Part shown: positions 19,151 through 29,484 of the stretch, one piece after another
How the letters are laid out: each line of letters opens with the position of its first letter
How positions within the stretch are numbered: position 1 is the first letter of the stretch
Origin: a virus
DNA length: 64,000 nucleotides
IMG/VR virus record: IMGVR_UViG_3300033273_000392
Span: 1 to 64,000 of that record
Strand: one strand, 5' to 3'
Program-made: the position numbers and the translations under genes
The notes under the pieces: model-generated
What the model saw: only the letters and a program-made list of their open reading frames with translations
What the model was told of the DNA's origin: nothing
Databases searched by the model: none

Positions 19151-20407
19151 TTAAACGGTTTCAGAACTAGATAGATCTATAAACCTTTTTTCTACTTTAA
19201 AGATATCCTCTCCTATAAAAACAGATATCATATCATCAGATCCAGCATTAGTGTAATCTATTGCGTCTACCATAATCTCTGTTCCCTTAGCAAGTCCATC
19301 AAGTTCTCTATTAATATTACCAGGAACATAACCGCTATCTCTATCTACTTCTCCAGCTTCTAGAACTCTGATCTCCTCTTCTAGCTTAGCGATTTCACCA
19401 TTGATTAGGGCATCAGCTTCCTTGATTTCAGGAATGTTCTTGTTAGCATCAGCAAGCATATTTCTCTGATCCTTTAGGAACGCAATCATCTCATGCAACT
19501 GCTCGATCTTCTTATCAGCTGCCTCCTTAGCAACTCTAGCGTCTTCTAAAATGTCTTCGAACATGAAAGAAACATCGTTGCCAGTATTTTCGTTCATATA
19601 CTCAATTGCATCAACTGCGTTTACTTTACTCATTGTAGTAAGATTAGACTCATTCATGTTTCTGAACAAGAATGCAGACTTACCAGATCTTAGTACTGCG
19701 TAGTATGCGTTATCGTCCTTGCTTTCAGAAACAAAGTCGAGGTGCTTATAGTTTGCATAGTTATTAGCAACCTTTTCGAAAAGCTTAACCTTTGGCATGT
19801 TATCATAAGTAACCATACCTAGGGCAAATACGTGATTTGAAAAGCTCTCGTCAAGAATCTCAGTAGAGTTGATGTAGAACTTATTGCTTTCTGCAACATA
19901 TCTGAATACAGCAATCATTGGATGTCTTCTGCTTTCATTAAGCTTATTCTCAACGTCTGAAATCTTAGCTGTTAAGCTTAACATCTTATCGTCATATGCC
20001 TTTCTAGATTCATCAAGCTGCTTGCTCTGCTCGCTAAGCTGGTCAAATTCAACGCGAGTATCTTTAACCTTAGAAACCTTTCGGTTAAACTTCAGCTTAG
20101 TCTGCTCCTCTATAAGTTCTTCTCTCTGTTCTTTTAGGCTTAGGTATTGATCGTAGTTAGATAGGTTTTCGTTTGTTGCACCACTAACTTGTGTGTTATT
20201 TACAACGTCATAGTACATTCTGGCTCCTAGCTCGTCTATATAAAAAGTTTTTAGGCCCGAGACTAAAGCAGAAAAATCTGCAGGAACTGCGTTCTCAACA
20301 ACGAAAGTATCTCCTGTTTTTCTTAGGTTAGTTCTGCCTAAATGGAAGAACATTCCGCCTTCTGTTTCAAAAACTGGAGAGAATACGCTCTTATTAAAGT
20401 TACTCAT
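19151..20407 (-). CDS. Hypothetical late protein with coiled coils
   Basis: 418 aa, late motif upstream, terminator downstream. Confidence 0.75.
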   Translation of the reverse strand: MSNFNKSVFSPVFETEGGMFFHLGRTNLRKTGDTFVVENAVPADFSALVSGLKTFYIDELGARMYYDVVNNTQVSGATNENLSNYDQYLSLKEQREELIEEQTKLKFNRKVSKVKDTRVEFDQLSEQSKQLDESRKAYDDKMLSLTAKISDVENKLNESRRHPMIAVFRYVAESNKFYINSTEILDESFSNHVFALGMVTYDNMPKVKLFEKVANNYANYKHLDFVSESKDDNAYYAVLRSGKSAFLFRNMNESNLTTMSKVNAVDAIEYMNENTGNDVSFMFEDILEDARVAKEAADKKIEQLHEMIAFLKDQRNMLADANKNIPEIKEADALINGEIAKLEEEIRVLEAGEVDRDSGYVPGNINRELDGLAKGTEIMVDAIDYTNAGSDDMISVFIGEDIFKVEKRFIDLSSSETV

Positions 20408-20441
20408 CTTGAATTGTTATTTTGTTCAATTTCTATATATA

Positions 20442-21290
20442 TCACCCAAATAGGTTCTTATTATCAAATGGAAGCCTAGGCGACTTGACCCTGTATTTAT
20501 CGCCTAAGAATCCTGGTGTGCTTAAGTTATCGTCCTCATGCATTCTCACTCTGTTATTGACACCTAGATCTGTATCTGATCCGATTTCAAACATTCTATT
20601 TCCAGCATGCATCTCAGTACTATAGTCAAACGATGGTATAAATGAATGTATTTCTAAAGAGAACGTTACCTTGTGATTTCCCTTATCATCAAAACCATAT
20701 TCAACTGGCCTTTCCATAGTATAATCATCTGGCATTGCATAATATGCTGCTAGTCTATATAGTCCTTCTTCTAGATGTCCAACCTCTACGTTATAGTAGT
20801 TAGACTTATACATCTTCTTAATGATAGACTCTGTAACCTTAAACAGATCTAGTTGGCTTGATAGTAACATCTCAACGTCAAATCCAACAGTAATAGGAAT
20901 CATATCAAACTCTGCCATATAGCCTGCCATATTTCCATCAGGACCTAGCTTAGCATAATGACCCATATTTCTCTTGTTAACAAGCTTAGATGGATCTACT
21001 GCAAGAGACGTTAAGTTTACAATACCCCTTGGAACTTGATCGTAATTACCATCAGCTCTTCCGTCTGGCTCGCAATCCTCTCCGTTAATAGTCGAGAACA
21101 AGAAATTATCTCTTAGGAAATTCTCATCTCCAGAGATAGCGTAAAAGAAAGGTACGTCAACGATAACTCTGTCATCATTGTTTACTTGTCTATAGAAGCT
21201 CATCTTATCATTAAGATCAGCCAGAAGACCAATAATTAAGTGTCTAACAACCGAGTCGTCCTTATTGAATTTAAGGTTATAACTTGCCAT
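20442..21290 (-). CDS. Tail terminator / sheath stabiliser (gp15-like)
   Basis: VDVPFFY, QVPRGIV, IPITVGFDV pattern resembles gp15. Confidence 0.6.
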   Translation of the reverse strand: MASYNLKFNKDDSVVRHLIIGLLADLNDKMSFYRQVNNDDRVIVDVPFFYAISGDENFLRDNFLFSTINGEDCEPDGRADGNYDQVPRGIVNLTSLAVDPSKLVNKRNMGHYAKLGPDGNMAGYMAEFDMIPITVGFDVEMLLSSQLDLFKVTESIIKKMYKSNYYNVEVGHLEEGLYRLAAYYAMPDDYTMERPVEYGFDDKGNHKVTFSLEIHSFIPSFDYSTEMHAGNRMFEIGSDTDLGVNNRVRMHEDDNLSTPGFLGDKYRVKSPRLPFDNKNLFG

Positions 21291-21300
21291 TGATTATATA

Positions 21301-22176
21301 TCAAAGACAGGTCATGTATCTGTCTCCACGGTCACATAGTATCGTTGCAACCACTTGCTTACTATTTGCTTTAGCCCATCTTACAGATGCTAGAACGTTT
21401 GCTCCTGCTGAAATTCCCACAAAATAACCCATCTTAGCCAATTTAAGAGCCATATCCTTAGCATCGTCTGTTGAAATAACTTCTATATGGTCAACTTCCT
21501 TTAAGTCAACCAAGAACTTAGAACCATCACCAATACCTTGAATGCCATGGAGTCCGGGTTCGCCGCCTGACATAACAGCAGACTCTGCAGGCTCAACAGC
21601 AATAACCTTCATGTCATAATACTGATCTCGTAGATATGTACCTGCTCCCATAATAGTTCCGCCAGTTCCAGTACCTGCAACAAATGCATCTGGTGTAACT
21701 TCTAGATCTTTAAATGATTCATGAAATTCTGGCCCAGTGGTTTCATAATGTACATCGATGTTCCATTGCGTATGGAACTGATTACAATTAAACCATCCTT
21801 CGTTCTTGCGGGCTAGCTTGTCTCTAAGGGCAATAGCTCCATCAAAATCACCAGCAGGAACTTCGATAAGCTCAGCCCCATAATAGCTAAACATCTTCTT
21901 TCTTTCTTCGCTCATATTTGATGGCATAACAATTACCATTCTATAGCCGAGTAGAGCTGCGAACATGGCAAGTGCAATTCCAGTGTTTCCGCTAGTTGCT
22001 TCGACTAGAGTATCGCCTTTAGAAATAAGTCCTCGTGATTCAGCTTCAGTTATAACCCTAGAAGCTAATCTATCCTTAACAGATCCACTGGGGTTTAAGA
22101 ACTCTGCTTTACCTAGAACAGTAACTCCGTCTATTTCAAGTTCAATAAGTGGGGTCTTTCCTACGTATTCAATCAT
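21301..22176 (-). CDS. cysK: Cysteine synthase (O-acetylserine sulfhydrylase, CysK/CysM family)
   Basis: VGKTPL, KAEFLNPSGSVKDR (PLP lysine), EATSGNTG, GTGTGGT, HGIQGIG, GISAGA, DRGDRY. Confidence 0.93.
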   Translation of the reverse strand: MIEYVGKTPLIELEIDGVTVLGKAEFLNPSGSVKDRLASRVITEAESRGLISKGDTLVEATSGNTGIALAMFAALLGYRMVIVMPSNMSEERKKMFSYYGAELIEVPAGDFDGAIALRDKLARKNEGWFNCNQFHTQWNIDVHYETTGPEFHESFKDLEVTPDAFVAGTGTGGTIMGAGTYLRDQYYDMKVIAVEPAESAVMSGGEPGLHGIQGIGDGSKFLVDLKEVDHIEVISTDDAKDMALKLAKMGYFVGISAGANVLASVRWAKANSKQVVATILCDRGDRYMTCL

Positions 22177-23846
22177 CAGTCAATTGATTCTATTGCAAAT
22201 TTAGAGAAACCATTCTCTCTGTAGATCTGAAGCTTCTTATCGAAGATTTCATGAGGTAATACAGTATGATTAATTACAAACGTATTTATATTGTGCTCCT
22301 TGATAACCTGCTTTAGAATCTTAAGAATATTATAAACTCCATCATGGTCAACTGAGCTCAATAGCTCATCTAAGAACAGAAGATTGAGCTGTGGAAAGCG
22401 AAGCTTTAGAATCTTAATGATTGCAATAATAATGATAAAGTCTGCCTTCTTTCTTTCACCTGTAGAAAGAGTCATTGGGTTAATTTCTTCGCCTAGGTGA
22501 TTAATAACACAGTTAAACTTCTCATCAAATCTAATCTGAAATGGCAAGTGCATGGTCTGTGCCATTGCAGCAATGTTCGTATTTAGACCAGGTAAAATAG
22601 TCTTAACCGCAAGGTTCTTTACGCCATCATCGCCTAAGATCTGCTCTACAATTTCCATAAAGTTATAGTCTGCTGAAAGGCTATCACGTTCTTGTGACTT
22701 AGTCTTTTCCTTTTCTTCGAACTCTTGGATAAGATTCTTAAGATGCTGGAACTCTCCTTCGTCAGCTGTATCTTTTAGCTTTAGCAATTCTTTTTTAAGG
22801 TCACCCATCTGATATTTGATATCAGATACCTTTGATCCAATAGTTTGCTTTTCTTGCTTTAAGTTATCTATAGATTCTTTTATAGAATCCATATCTACCT
22901 TAATAGACTTAATCTTATTTGTATTGTCTGTAATACAATCACTAAACTCCGCCTTTTGTTGATTATGCCAGTCGCTCGTAAGCTTAGTCTCACATGTTGG
23001 ACAATGCCCGCTTTCGTATAGTGCTAGCTTTCTTTTAAGAGCATCTATTTCATGCTTTAGTTTTCCAGCAGAAGCACGTTGTACGTCATATTCATCCGTC
23101 TTTTCCTTAATACCTGAATCAACACCTAATCCCTGCTTAGATAGTTCTTTAGCCTCTTCATTTAAGGTAATAAGAGACTCTTTAAGCTCTTCAATTCTTT
23201 CCTTATTTTTCTGTGATGACTCTTCTAGCAGCGTGTTTAAATTGTAACGAACCGAAGCTATAGAATCTATAATTTGAGATAGCTCAGATTCATAACTATC
23301 TATGTCGACCTTTATAGACTTTCTACTATCTTTAACGGCACGTTGCATATCATTAAGAATAGAAAAGCCAAACATTCGATCAATAATCTGCTTCTTATCA
23401 GAAGGACTCATAGTCAAAAAAGACTTAAAGTCATTAATAGAAAGTATAATGATATTCTTAAATACGTGATATGGAATACCGTAAACCTCTTCTTCTAAAT
23501 AGTCTTGTACTGACTTCTTGCCTGCCTTATCAAATTCAACACCGTTAATTAGAACCTCAAACTTTGTAGGTGCCAGACCACGCTCAATCTCTACATTAAT
23601 ATCTCCACATTGTAAGTTAATCTTAACCCAAAGCTCTTTATTAATACGGTTAGGTAGGTCTGCAAGCTTTACACCTTCAACCTTACCATACAGCGCAAAA
23701 ATAATAGCATTAGCCACAGTAGTTTTACCATGGCCATTTTTACCCAATGTCAAGAAAAGCTCAGACTTATCCTTATCAAACTTTAGGACTTGCTTCTGAT
23801 TTCCGTACGACGCAAAATTCTTAAACTCAATAGAAGATATCCTCAT
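22176..23846 (-). CDS. Recombination nuclease ATPase subunit (gp46 / Rad50 / SbcC)
   Basis: GKNGHGKTT, CPTC zinc hook, LSTGE signature, FLDE. Confidence 0.95.
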   Translation of the reverse strand: MRISSIEFKNFASYGNQKQVLKFDKDKSELFLTLGKNGHGKTTVANAIIFALYGKVEGVKLADLPNRINKELWVKINLQCGDINVEIERGLAPTKFEVLINGVEFDKAGKKSVQDYLEEEVYGIPYHVFKNIIILSINDFKSFLTMSPSDKKQIIDRMFGFSILNDMQRAVKDSRKSIKVDIDSYESELSQIIDSIASVRYNLNTLLEESSQKNKERIEELKESLITLNEEAKELSKQGLGVDSGIKEKTDEYDVQRASAGKLKHEIDALKRKLALYESGHCPTCETKLTSDWHNQQKAEFSDCITDNTNKIKSIKVDMDSIKESIDNLKQEKQTIGSKVSDIKYQMGDLKKELLKLKDTADEGEFQHLKNLIQEFEEKEKTKSQERDSLSADYNFMEIVEQILGDDGVKNLAVKTILPGLNTNIAAMAQTMHLPFQIRFDEKFNCVINHLGEEINPMTLSTGERKKADFIIIIAIIKILKLRFPQLNLLFLDELLSSVDHDGVYNILKILKQVIKEHNINTFVINHTVLPHEIFDKKLQIYRENGFSKFAIESID

Positions 23847-24958
23847 GTAGTTACATCATAGTTATACGCGCATTGCGTATATAGATCTTTTAACCTAGCC
23901 TTTAGTCTTTGTTTCATTTCATCATCGTAACCCATTCCTTCAACATACGAATTACAAAGGGTCATGATGTTATAATTTTTATACATTTCTTCTATCTCAT
24001 CTATATCGTACATATCTTTATCGATATAGTTATCTTCATTATAAATCGTAGGCTCAAGCTTACGTCCTATATTTTGAATCTTATTTACTAAATGAGAAAG
24101 TGAATTAGTTGTAGCAATTTTAGATGGTACATATAGATCTACAAAGTTATTCTCAATATGCTTCTTAAAATGACCTAAAGGCATATCATAGATCTGTGTG
24201 ATATTGTACTTAAGAAACTTAGGAGAAACATGATTCTCAAAAAACGTTTCTTCCATAGTTGATAGATCTGAAAGATAAAATCCTTTGACGTTACCACTAT
24301 CAGAACGAGTAAGCTCATAAGGCGTTCCTACAAGTAGAAGTTTGCCCTGCTCTTGGCGATAGTGAATATGCCCAGAATACACTCGGTCATAACGATCATA
24401 TGAGTTAGGGGGAGTACCATGTTCATTCTTAACCTTAGAGTTAAGCTTGACTCCAGAAACTTCAGAGTGGCAAAATACAATGTTTGCATCTAGATATTCT
24501 GCAAGAGTCTCTGCTTCGTGATCCGGATCCTTTCTCCAAGGCATTAAGAGCACCTTTCTTCCGCTCCAATTAAATGTTTTACAATCTGTGTAGACTTGAA
24601 CGTTAGGAATCCATTTAAGAGTGTCAATTGAGGTAATCTCATTTGACTTCTTTGCCCAGATATCATGGTTTCCACAAATAACATAAGTGGGTAAGATTTC
24701 ACCCAAGCGCTCAAATAGGTTTACTGCATAGTTAAGAACTTTAATATTAATAGACTGTCGATTATCAAATGTGTCTCCAACCTGTACTAAAACATCTCCG
24801 GGCTGAACATGCTTCTTTAGGGTTGGCAAAAATAGGTTCTCGAAGAAATCCTTTTGAATATTCAGCCATTCTACTGAATTAGCACGAACTCCAAAGTGAA
24901 CATCACCGAGAACCCATACTCTTTTTACCTCGCTATCTAAAATTTCTGGGGTTATCAT
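23843..24958 (-). CDS. Recombination nuclease subunit (gp47 / Mre11 / SbcD)
   Basis: GDVHFG, GDTFD, GNHD, GHIH phosphoesterase motifs. Confidence 0.95.
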   Translation of the reverse strand: MITPEILDSEVKRVWVLGDVHFGVRANSVEWLNIQKDFFENLFLPTLKKHVQPGDVLVQVGDTFDNRQSINIKVLNYAVNLFERLGEILPTYVICGNHDIWAKKSNEITSIDTLKWIPNVQVYTDCKTFNWSGRKVLLMPWRKDPDHEAETLAEYLDANIVFCHSEVSGVKLNSKVKNEHGTPPNSYDRYDRVYSGHIHYRQEQGKLLLVGTPYELTRSDSGNVKGFYLSDLSTMEETFFENHVSPKFLKYNITQIYDMPLGHFKKHIENNFVDLYVPSKIATTNSLSHLVNKIQNIGRKLEPTIYNEDNYIDKDMYDIDEIEEMYKNYNIMTLCNSYVEGMGYDDEMKQRLKARLKDLYTQCAYNYDVTT

Positions 24959-25395
24959 TAAAATAGCTTTTTAATGTTTTTCTTTCCTAAAATTCCAGTC
25001 TTATTGTCTAATTCCTCGATAAGCTCTTCTTTATATACATTTGAAAGTGACCCATAAAATTTAGTTGGATTGATATCAAAATAAACGCACAGCTCGCTAA
25101 AAATATCAATACGGGTATACTCTCTAAGTAGCTCATCAACAATAAACCCATAGACTTCATTGATGTCTACCTTTTTAAGCTTATTGTATTTACCAAGCTC
25201 ATCAATTTCATTAAACTGCTTGAACCTAGACTTAGTTATAAGTTCATGTATATCTCGGTTCAGCATTTCCTGCTGGATCTTTTCTTCCTCATGTCTGTGG
25301 TCTCTAAAGACCGGATCTAAATCAAACTTAAAGTTTGAGATAGACTCAAATTCAGTAGAAGTAAAATTATTATCAAATATTTTATCCTTTCTCAT
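24958..25395 (-). CDS. Hypothetical protein
   Basis: Likely start MRKDK at 25395, just after the helicase stop. Confidence 0.7.
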   Translation of the reverse strand: MRKDKIFDNNFTSTEFESISNFKFDLDPVFRDHRHEEEKIQQEMLNRDIHELITKSRFKQFNEIDELGKYNKLKKVDINEVYGFIVDELLREYTRIDIFSELCVYFDINPTKFYGSLSNVYKEELIEELDNKTGILGKKNIKKLF

Positions 25396-25396
25396 A

Positions 25397-26713
25397 TCAA
25401 ATGCTGTGTATATTACTGTTCGACATTTCGTCGGTTTCAATTAGTCTCATGTAGTTATAGTTCACGTTTAGTTTGCACTTAACGCCTTTACCCTCACCGT
25501 CTCTCATCTTAAGAATCTTAAGCCAGTATTCCTCGCTTGCTCTCATGAGATCGTCTTGAATAATACCTAACATAACATCAGCAGTATGAGAAAGACCTGC
25601 AGATTCAGCAATGTCGCTCATAGTGATATCCGATGCATTATAGCCAGATCTTGTAATCTGTGTTGCTGTAACGATCAGCCAATTATTTCTGATACCCATA
25701 GCTCTTAGATCCTCAGCAATCTGCTTAATCTTCATATAGGTATTCTCAGTGTTTTGGTTTCTGTAGTTAGCTAGGATGTTTATATAGTCAATAACAACCG
25801 CGCCTAATTTAATCTGCTTCTCTTCCTCAACTTGAGTTAGATATGCTTCAATATCTAGGACCGTTGCCTGTGATGTTGGGAACTGTTTAATGAAAAGTTG
25901 ACCTGGAGGTGTAAATCCATCGCCAACTGTTTCTAGGCGTCTTTTTATGTATTCTGAATTCTGTGCCTTGTCTCCATATTCATTAATAGGAATACTCAAC
26001 AAGTTTGCACCAATACGCTTTACAAACTTATGTGCTGCCATCTCTGCTGTGATAACTGCAGTATTAGTTCCCATCTTAACGAAGTTAGCAGCGTCATTAG
26101 CAAGGTAGATTGACTTACCAATGTTTTGTTCGCCTGCATAAACTACAAGGTTACCGCCCTTATCATAACCACCTCCGAGAACTCTATCTAAGAAGTTATA
26201 GCCTGTTGAAACCTTATCGGCTTCTTTCTGATTGTGTGAATCAACGTCAAAGAAGTCTAGACCAAGATCTGAATTAAAGTTAAGGTTATTACGGTCATTA
26301 ATAAGACCCTTAACCTTTGTGATAATAGACTCTGCATTCTCAGGAGTTACCTTAGTAGTCTTGATAAACTCAATAGTATCAATAAGAGAAGTATCGAAGT
26401 TTCTCCACTTAATCCATGACTCAGCAGTAGACGTTAACCATTCTTCGTCATACTGATCTAGATCTACATCAAATATAATGCTAAGTACATCATCCGAAAC
26501 CTTTTCTTTAGCTCTCTTTGAATTCTCAATAAGTAGCTTTAGCTGGTCCCTAGTAGGCGTCTCATTAAACTTGCCATAAAACTTATTGGCCAAAATACTG
26601 AGGATGTCTATTTCTTCAGACGTATAGAAATTAGTCTTAATAGACTGCAAGTATTTAGGCTTCTCTAACGAGAGTCTAAAAAATACCTTCTCAAAATCTT
26701 GACCGAACTGCAT
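25397..26713 (-). CDS. Replicative DnaB-like helicase (gp41-like)
   Basis: GEQNIGKS, TAEM, IKQFPT, IDY, TATQ, AESAGLSHTAD, KMRDG. Confidence 0.95.
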   Translation of the reverse strand: MQFGQDFEKVFFRLSLEKPKYLQSIKTNFYTSEEIDILSILANKFYGKFNETPTRDQLKLLIENSKRAKEKVSDDVLSIIFDVDLDQYDEEWLTSTAESWIKWRNFDTSLIDTIEFIKTTKVTPENAESIITKVKGLINDRNNLNFNSDLGLDFFDVDSHNQKEADKVSTGYNFLDRVLGGGYDKGGNLVVYAGEQNIGKSIYLANDAANFVKMGTNTAVITAEMAAHKFVKRIGANLLSIPINEYGDKAQNSEYIKRRLETVGDGFTPPGQLFIKQFPTSQATVLDIEAYLTQVEEEKQIKLGAVVIDYINILANYRNQNTENTYMKIKQIAEDLRAMGIRNNWLIVTATQITRSGYNASDITMSDIAESAGLSHTADVMLGIIQDDLMRASEEYWLKILKMRDGEGKGVKCKLNVNYNYMRLIETDEMSNSNIHSI

Positions 26714-27015
26714 TATTCAAATGGATTTACTAAAATTCTATAAGCCTCCTTTCCCTTTTCGGAATTTGTTTGTTCTACTAGACCTTCGACAACTAATTCA
26801 TCGACAGATCTTTTAAGATGCTGTCTTGTTGTATCTGGGAAATGATATTTGTTTAGGGCATGAAGCGTGAAAGTCCCCTTGTTTCTATCAGGAGACTTTA
26901 CGCAAAGTGATACCTCATGGTGAAGAACATCTAGGGATGTTGGATAACCCTCAAGGCTAGCCTCAATCCCTAGAATGTACTTTATAGGTAACTTGTCTTC
27001 ATTAATCCTCATCAC
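26713..27015 (-). CDS. Hypothetical protein, possibly winged helix
   Basis: C-terminal VDELVVEGLVEQ..G..AYRI resembles a wing motif. Confidence 0.55.
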   Translation of the reverse strand: MMRINEDKLPIKYILGIEASLEGYPTSLDVLHHEVSLCVKSPDRNKGTFTLHALNKYHFPDTTRQHLKRSVDELVVEGLVEQTNSEKGKEAYRILVNPFE

Positions 27016-28111
27016 CCTCCATTATTATATCTACGTCAAATTCAACGTTTGTATTGTAGTTAAATAGATCGTAGATCTTCTTGTCAATTTTCTCTAGAAC
27101 CTCTTTTGTAAACACTTTCTCGGTAAAGAATTCTCTATTAGGAACGGTAGTATCAAGGTGCTTACATATCCAGTTTCTAGCTGTCTTCTTAGGGATCTTC
27201 TCTCCTTTTTCAATAACACCTCGAGTAATGCCAATATCTTCCCAGTCAATATACTGCTCAAGTCCAACGTAACGGTTCATGCCCTCTGTGTAATGGAGGT
27301 GGAACTTAATGTTCTGTGGTTTTGCAAAGCGGTTTTTATTAGGCTTAGCCGTTACAACAATGCCTGCCTTTTGGTCTCCCTCTTTAAGCTGAGCCTTGTT
27401 TAAAAACAAGACAATAGATGCTGCGTATTCTGGTCCAGTTCCACCACCTGCAACCTGACGGCTAATAAAGTCCTGCGTCTGGTATGTGTGGTTCGTGAAC
27501 AAGAAAGGAATCTTAAGGTCTGCAAGTGGAGTCATAATGATTCTAAAGATAGACTTAAGAATCTTAGATCTAGTCATATCTGACTTCTCGTTACCTGAGA
27601 CTGCATCATCAATCTCTTTCTGTGTAGCCAAATTACCTGCTGAGTCTAGGATAATCATCATCTTAGGAAGCTCTGATCCTGCTCGTTTCGCCTCCTGCAT
27701 CTTCTTTGTAATGGTTGTAACCGACTGTCTAAACTCCTGAACCGTATTTACAGGCTGATAGTTAACCTTAGCAGTATCAATACCAAACTTTTCCATAGTA
27801 GTCTTATCTACTGCCGCTTCTGAATCATAGAAGATAACATGGTAACCCATATCGATTGCTCCTTTTACAGAGTTAAGGATAAGGTAGGTCTTTCCTGTAC
27901 CAGAAGGTCCTGCGATAGAGCAAGATCTGTTATTTGGCCAGCCCCCAAATAGAGAACCGGAAATACATGCGTTTAGGTGATAGTTACCTGAGTCAACCCA
28001 CTCTGTAACTTCACTAAAGTTTGACTGATCCATAACTGAACCGAGTGGGTTCAGATTGGCTAGCTCTGCATTGATATCATCAAAGCTAAATTCCTTTGTC
28101 TTTTTAGCCAT
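27002..28111 (-). CDS. uvsX: RecA-like recombinase
   Basis: GPSGTGKT, YDSE, ILDSAGNL, NHTY, GGG-x-G..YAAS. Confidence 0.93.
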   Translation of the reverse strand: MAKKTKEFSFDDINAELANLNPLGSVMDQSNFSEVTEWVDSGNYHLNACISGSLFGGWPNNRSCSIAGPSGTGKTYLILNSVKGAIDMGYHVIFYDSEAAVDKTTMEKFGIDTAKVNYQPVNTVQEFRQSVTTITKKMQEAKRAGSELPKMMIILDSAGNLATQKEIDDAVSGNEKSDMTRSKILKSIFRIIMTPLADLKIPFLFTNHTYQTQDFISRQVAGGGTGPEYAASIVLFLNKAQLKEGDQKAGIVVTAKPNKNRFAKPQNIKFHLHYTEGMNRYVGLEQYIDWEDIGITRGVIEKGEKIPKKTARNWICKHLDTTVPNREFFTEKVFTKEVLEKIDKKIYDLFNYNTNVEFDVDIIMEGDED

Positions 28112-28298
28112 TGCTATTGTTGTTAAGTATTTGTTTTTCTTTTATTCTCAACTCCTCTAATTGATTCATTAAATCATGAGCTTTATTTCTCAGATTTACC
28201 ATATCACGTTCAATTTCGTTAAGTTCGTTATGGATAGTTTTATACTTCTCCAAAATATTGATTTCTTCAGGACTCATATTAGAATAGTGCTGTAGCAT
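28104..28298 (-). CDS. Small coiled-coil hypothetical protein
   Basis: Heptad-rich ORF between polymerase and uvsX; the true start may be MSPEE. Confidence 0.55.
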   Translation of the reverse strand: MLQHYSNMSPEEINILEKYKTIHNELNEIERDMVNLRNKAHDLMNQLEELRIKEKQILNNNSNG

Positions 28299-29484
28299 AA
28301 ATTAGATTCGTGTCAAGAGTCTGAAGACCGATAGCCTTCAAAACACGGTTAAGAGGATCAATCATACACTTTTCGAACTGTGTGTCATAGTCCACATTAG
28401 GAGCTAACTCATAAGGATGGTCTCCTGGTAGATATGCAAACATCTCACTCAAAGTAGTATCAAGGCTATGATAGATCTTTAGCTTTTCTCCGTTTCCTAT
28501 CAATCTATACTTGTTCTTATATTTCTTGTTTTGATTTAGCAAATAGTTATAGTATCCTGCTGCTTTTACGTTAGGTGGACACTTAAGACCAAACTGCAGT
28601 TCAATCTGATCGTCTACGATATACTTATCGATGTTATTCGTTCTCTTGTTAAACGAAATGTCATCAATATCACACAGCTTAAATTGCTTTTTGGTTTCCT
28701 TCATAAACTGTACAAGCTCCTGTAGATCTTCAGCAGATGGCTTACTCGTGCTCTTAAATAGAATCTTAAGAGCTTCAACAAGTTTTTCTCTAGCAAACTT
28801 AGGCGTAGAAGACTGGATCGTATCAAAACCGATGGTCTTAATCTTCTTTAGAGATGGGTGACGGTCCGTAGTCTCTAGCTTATCATCCCATGCAATATTC
28901 TGAATATACTTCTTCTTGCTCATCCATATGCCATTATATGCAATAGTCTCCAATTCGAAGACAAGGAAGTTATCAGTGTTTCTTACCTTAGCATATTTCT
29001 CCATGCACTTGACAATATAGTCTCTAAGTCTAAACGCGTAAATCTCAAGGATAAACTGGTCAATTGTAAGCTCATCACCGAGCCATTCGATAGAATTATA
29101 CATGTCCTCAAACTGAACATAGCATGAGTCTGTATCGATATAGATTACAGACGGACGTTCTAGCTTGTGCTTTACCTTGATATTGAAGTGGTCGTGTACT
29201 ACTTTATCCTTATAGAAGAACTCGTTAAAGTACTTGTTCAATATCGTTTCAGAATACATGATAGCATTCTGACCCTGTAGTGTAATAGATTCTGCAATAT
29301 CGATATTAAAGAAGTGAAACCACTTATTACCGAATGCACCGTAAATAGAGTTAAGTGTTACCTTAACCGCCTGCTCGTATGCTGTATACTTAGCCGCCTG
29401 TTGCTCATAGTGAGCTATGAGAGCCTTCCCCTCTTCAGGGGAAAGCTCATCTATTTGTTTAGTCTCTAGCTCTTCAATGTTCAT
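28279..29484 (-). CDS. Family B DNA polymerase, C-terminal subunit (fingers/palm/thumb)
   Basis: Motif B KVTLNSIYG, motif C YIDTDS, KKKY, SSTP; no exonuclease or motif A. Confidence 0.93.
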   Translation of the reverse strand: MNIEELETKQIDELSPEEGKALIAHYEQQAAKYTAYEQAVKVTLNSIYGAFGNKWFHFFNIDIAESITLQGQNAIMYSETILNKYFNEFFYKDKVVHDHFNIKVKHKLERPSVIYIDTDSCYVQFEDMYNSIEWLGDELTIDQFILEIYAFRLRDYIVKCMEKYAKVRNTDNFLVFELETIAYNGIWMSKKKYIQNIAWDDKLETTDRHPSLKKIKTIGFDTIQSSTPKFAREKLVEALKILFKSTSKPSAEDLQELVQFMKETKKQFKLCDIDDISFNKRTNNIDKYIVDDQIELQFGLKCPPNVKAAGYYNYLLNQNKKYKNKYRLIGNGEKLKIYHSLDTTLSEMFAYLPGDHPYELAPNVDYDTQFEKCMIDPLNRVLKAIGLQTLDTNLIYATALF

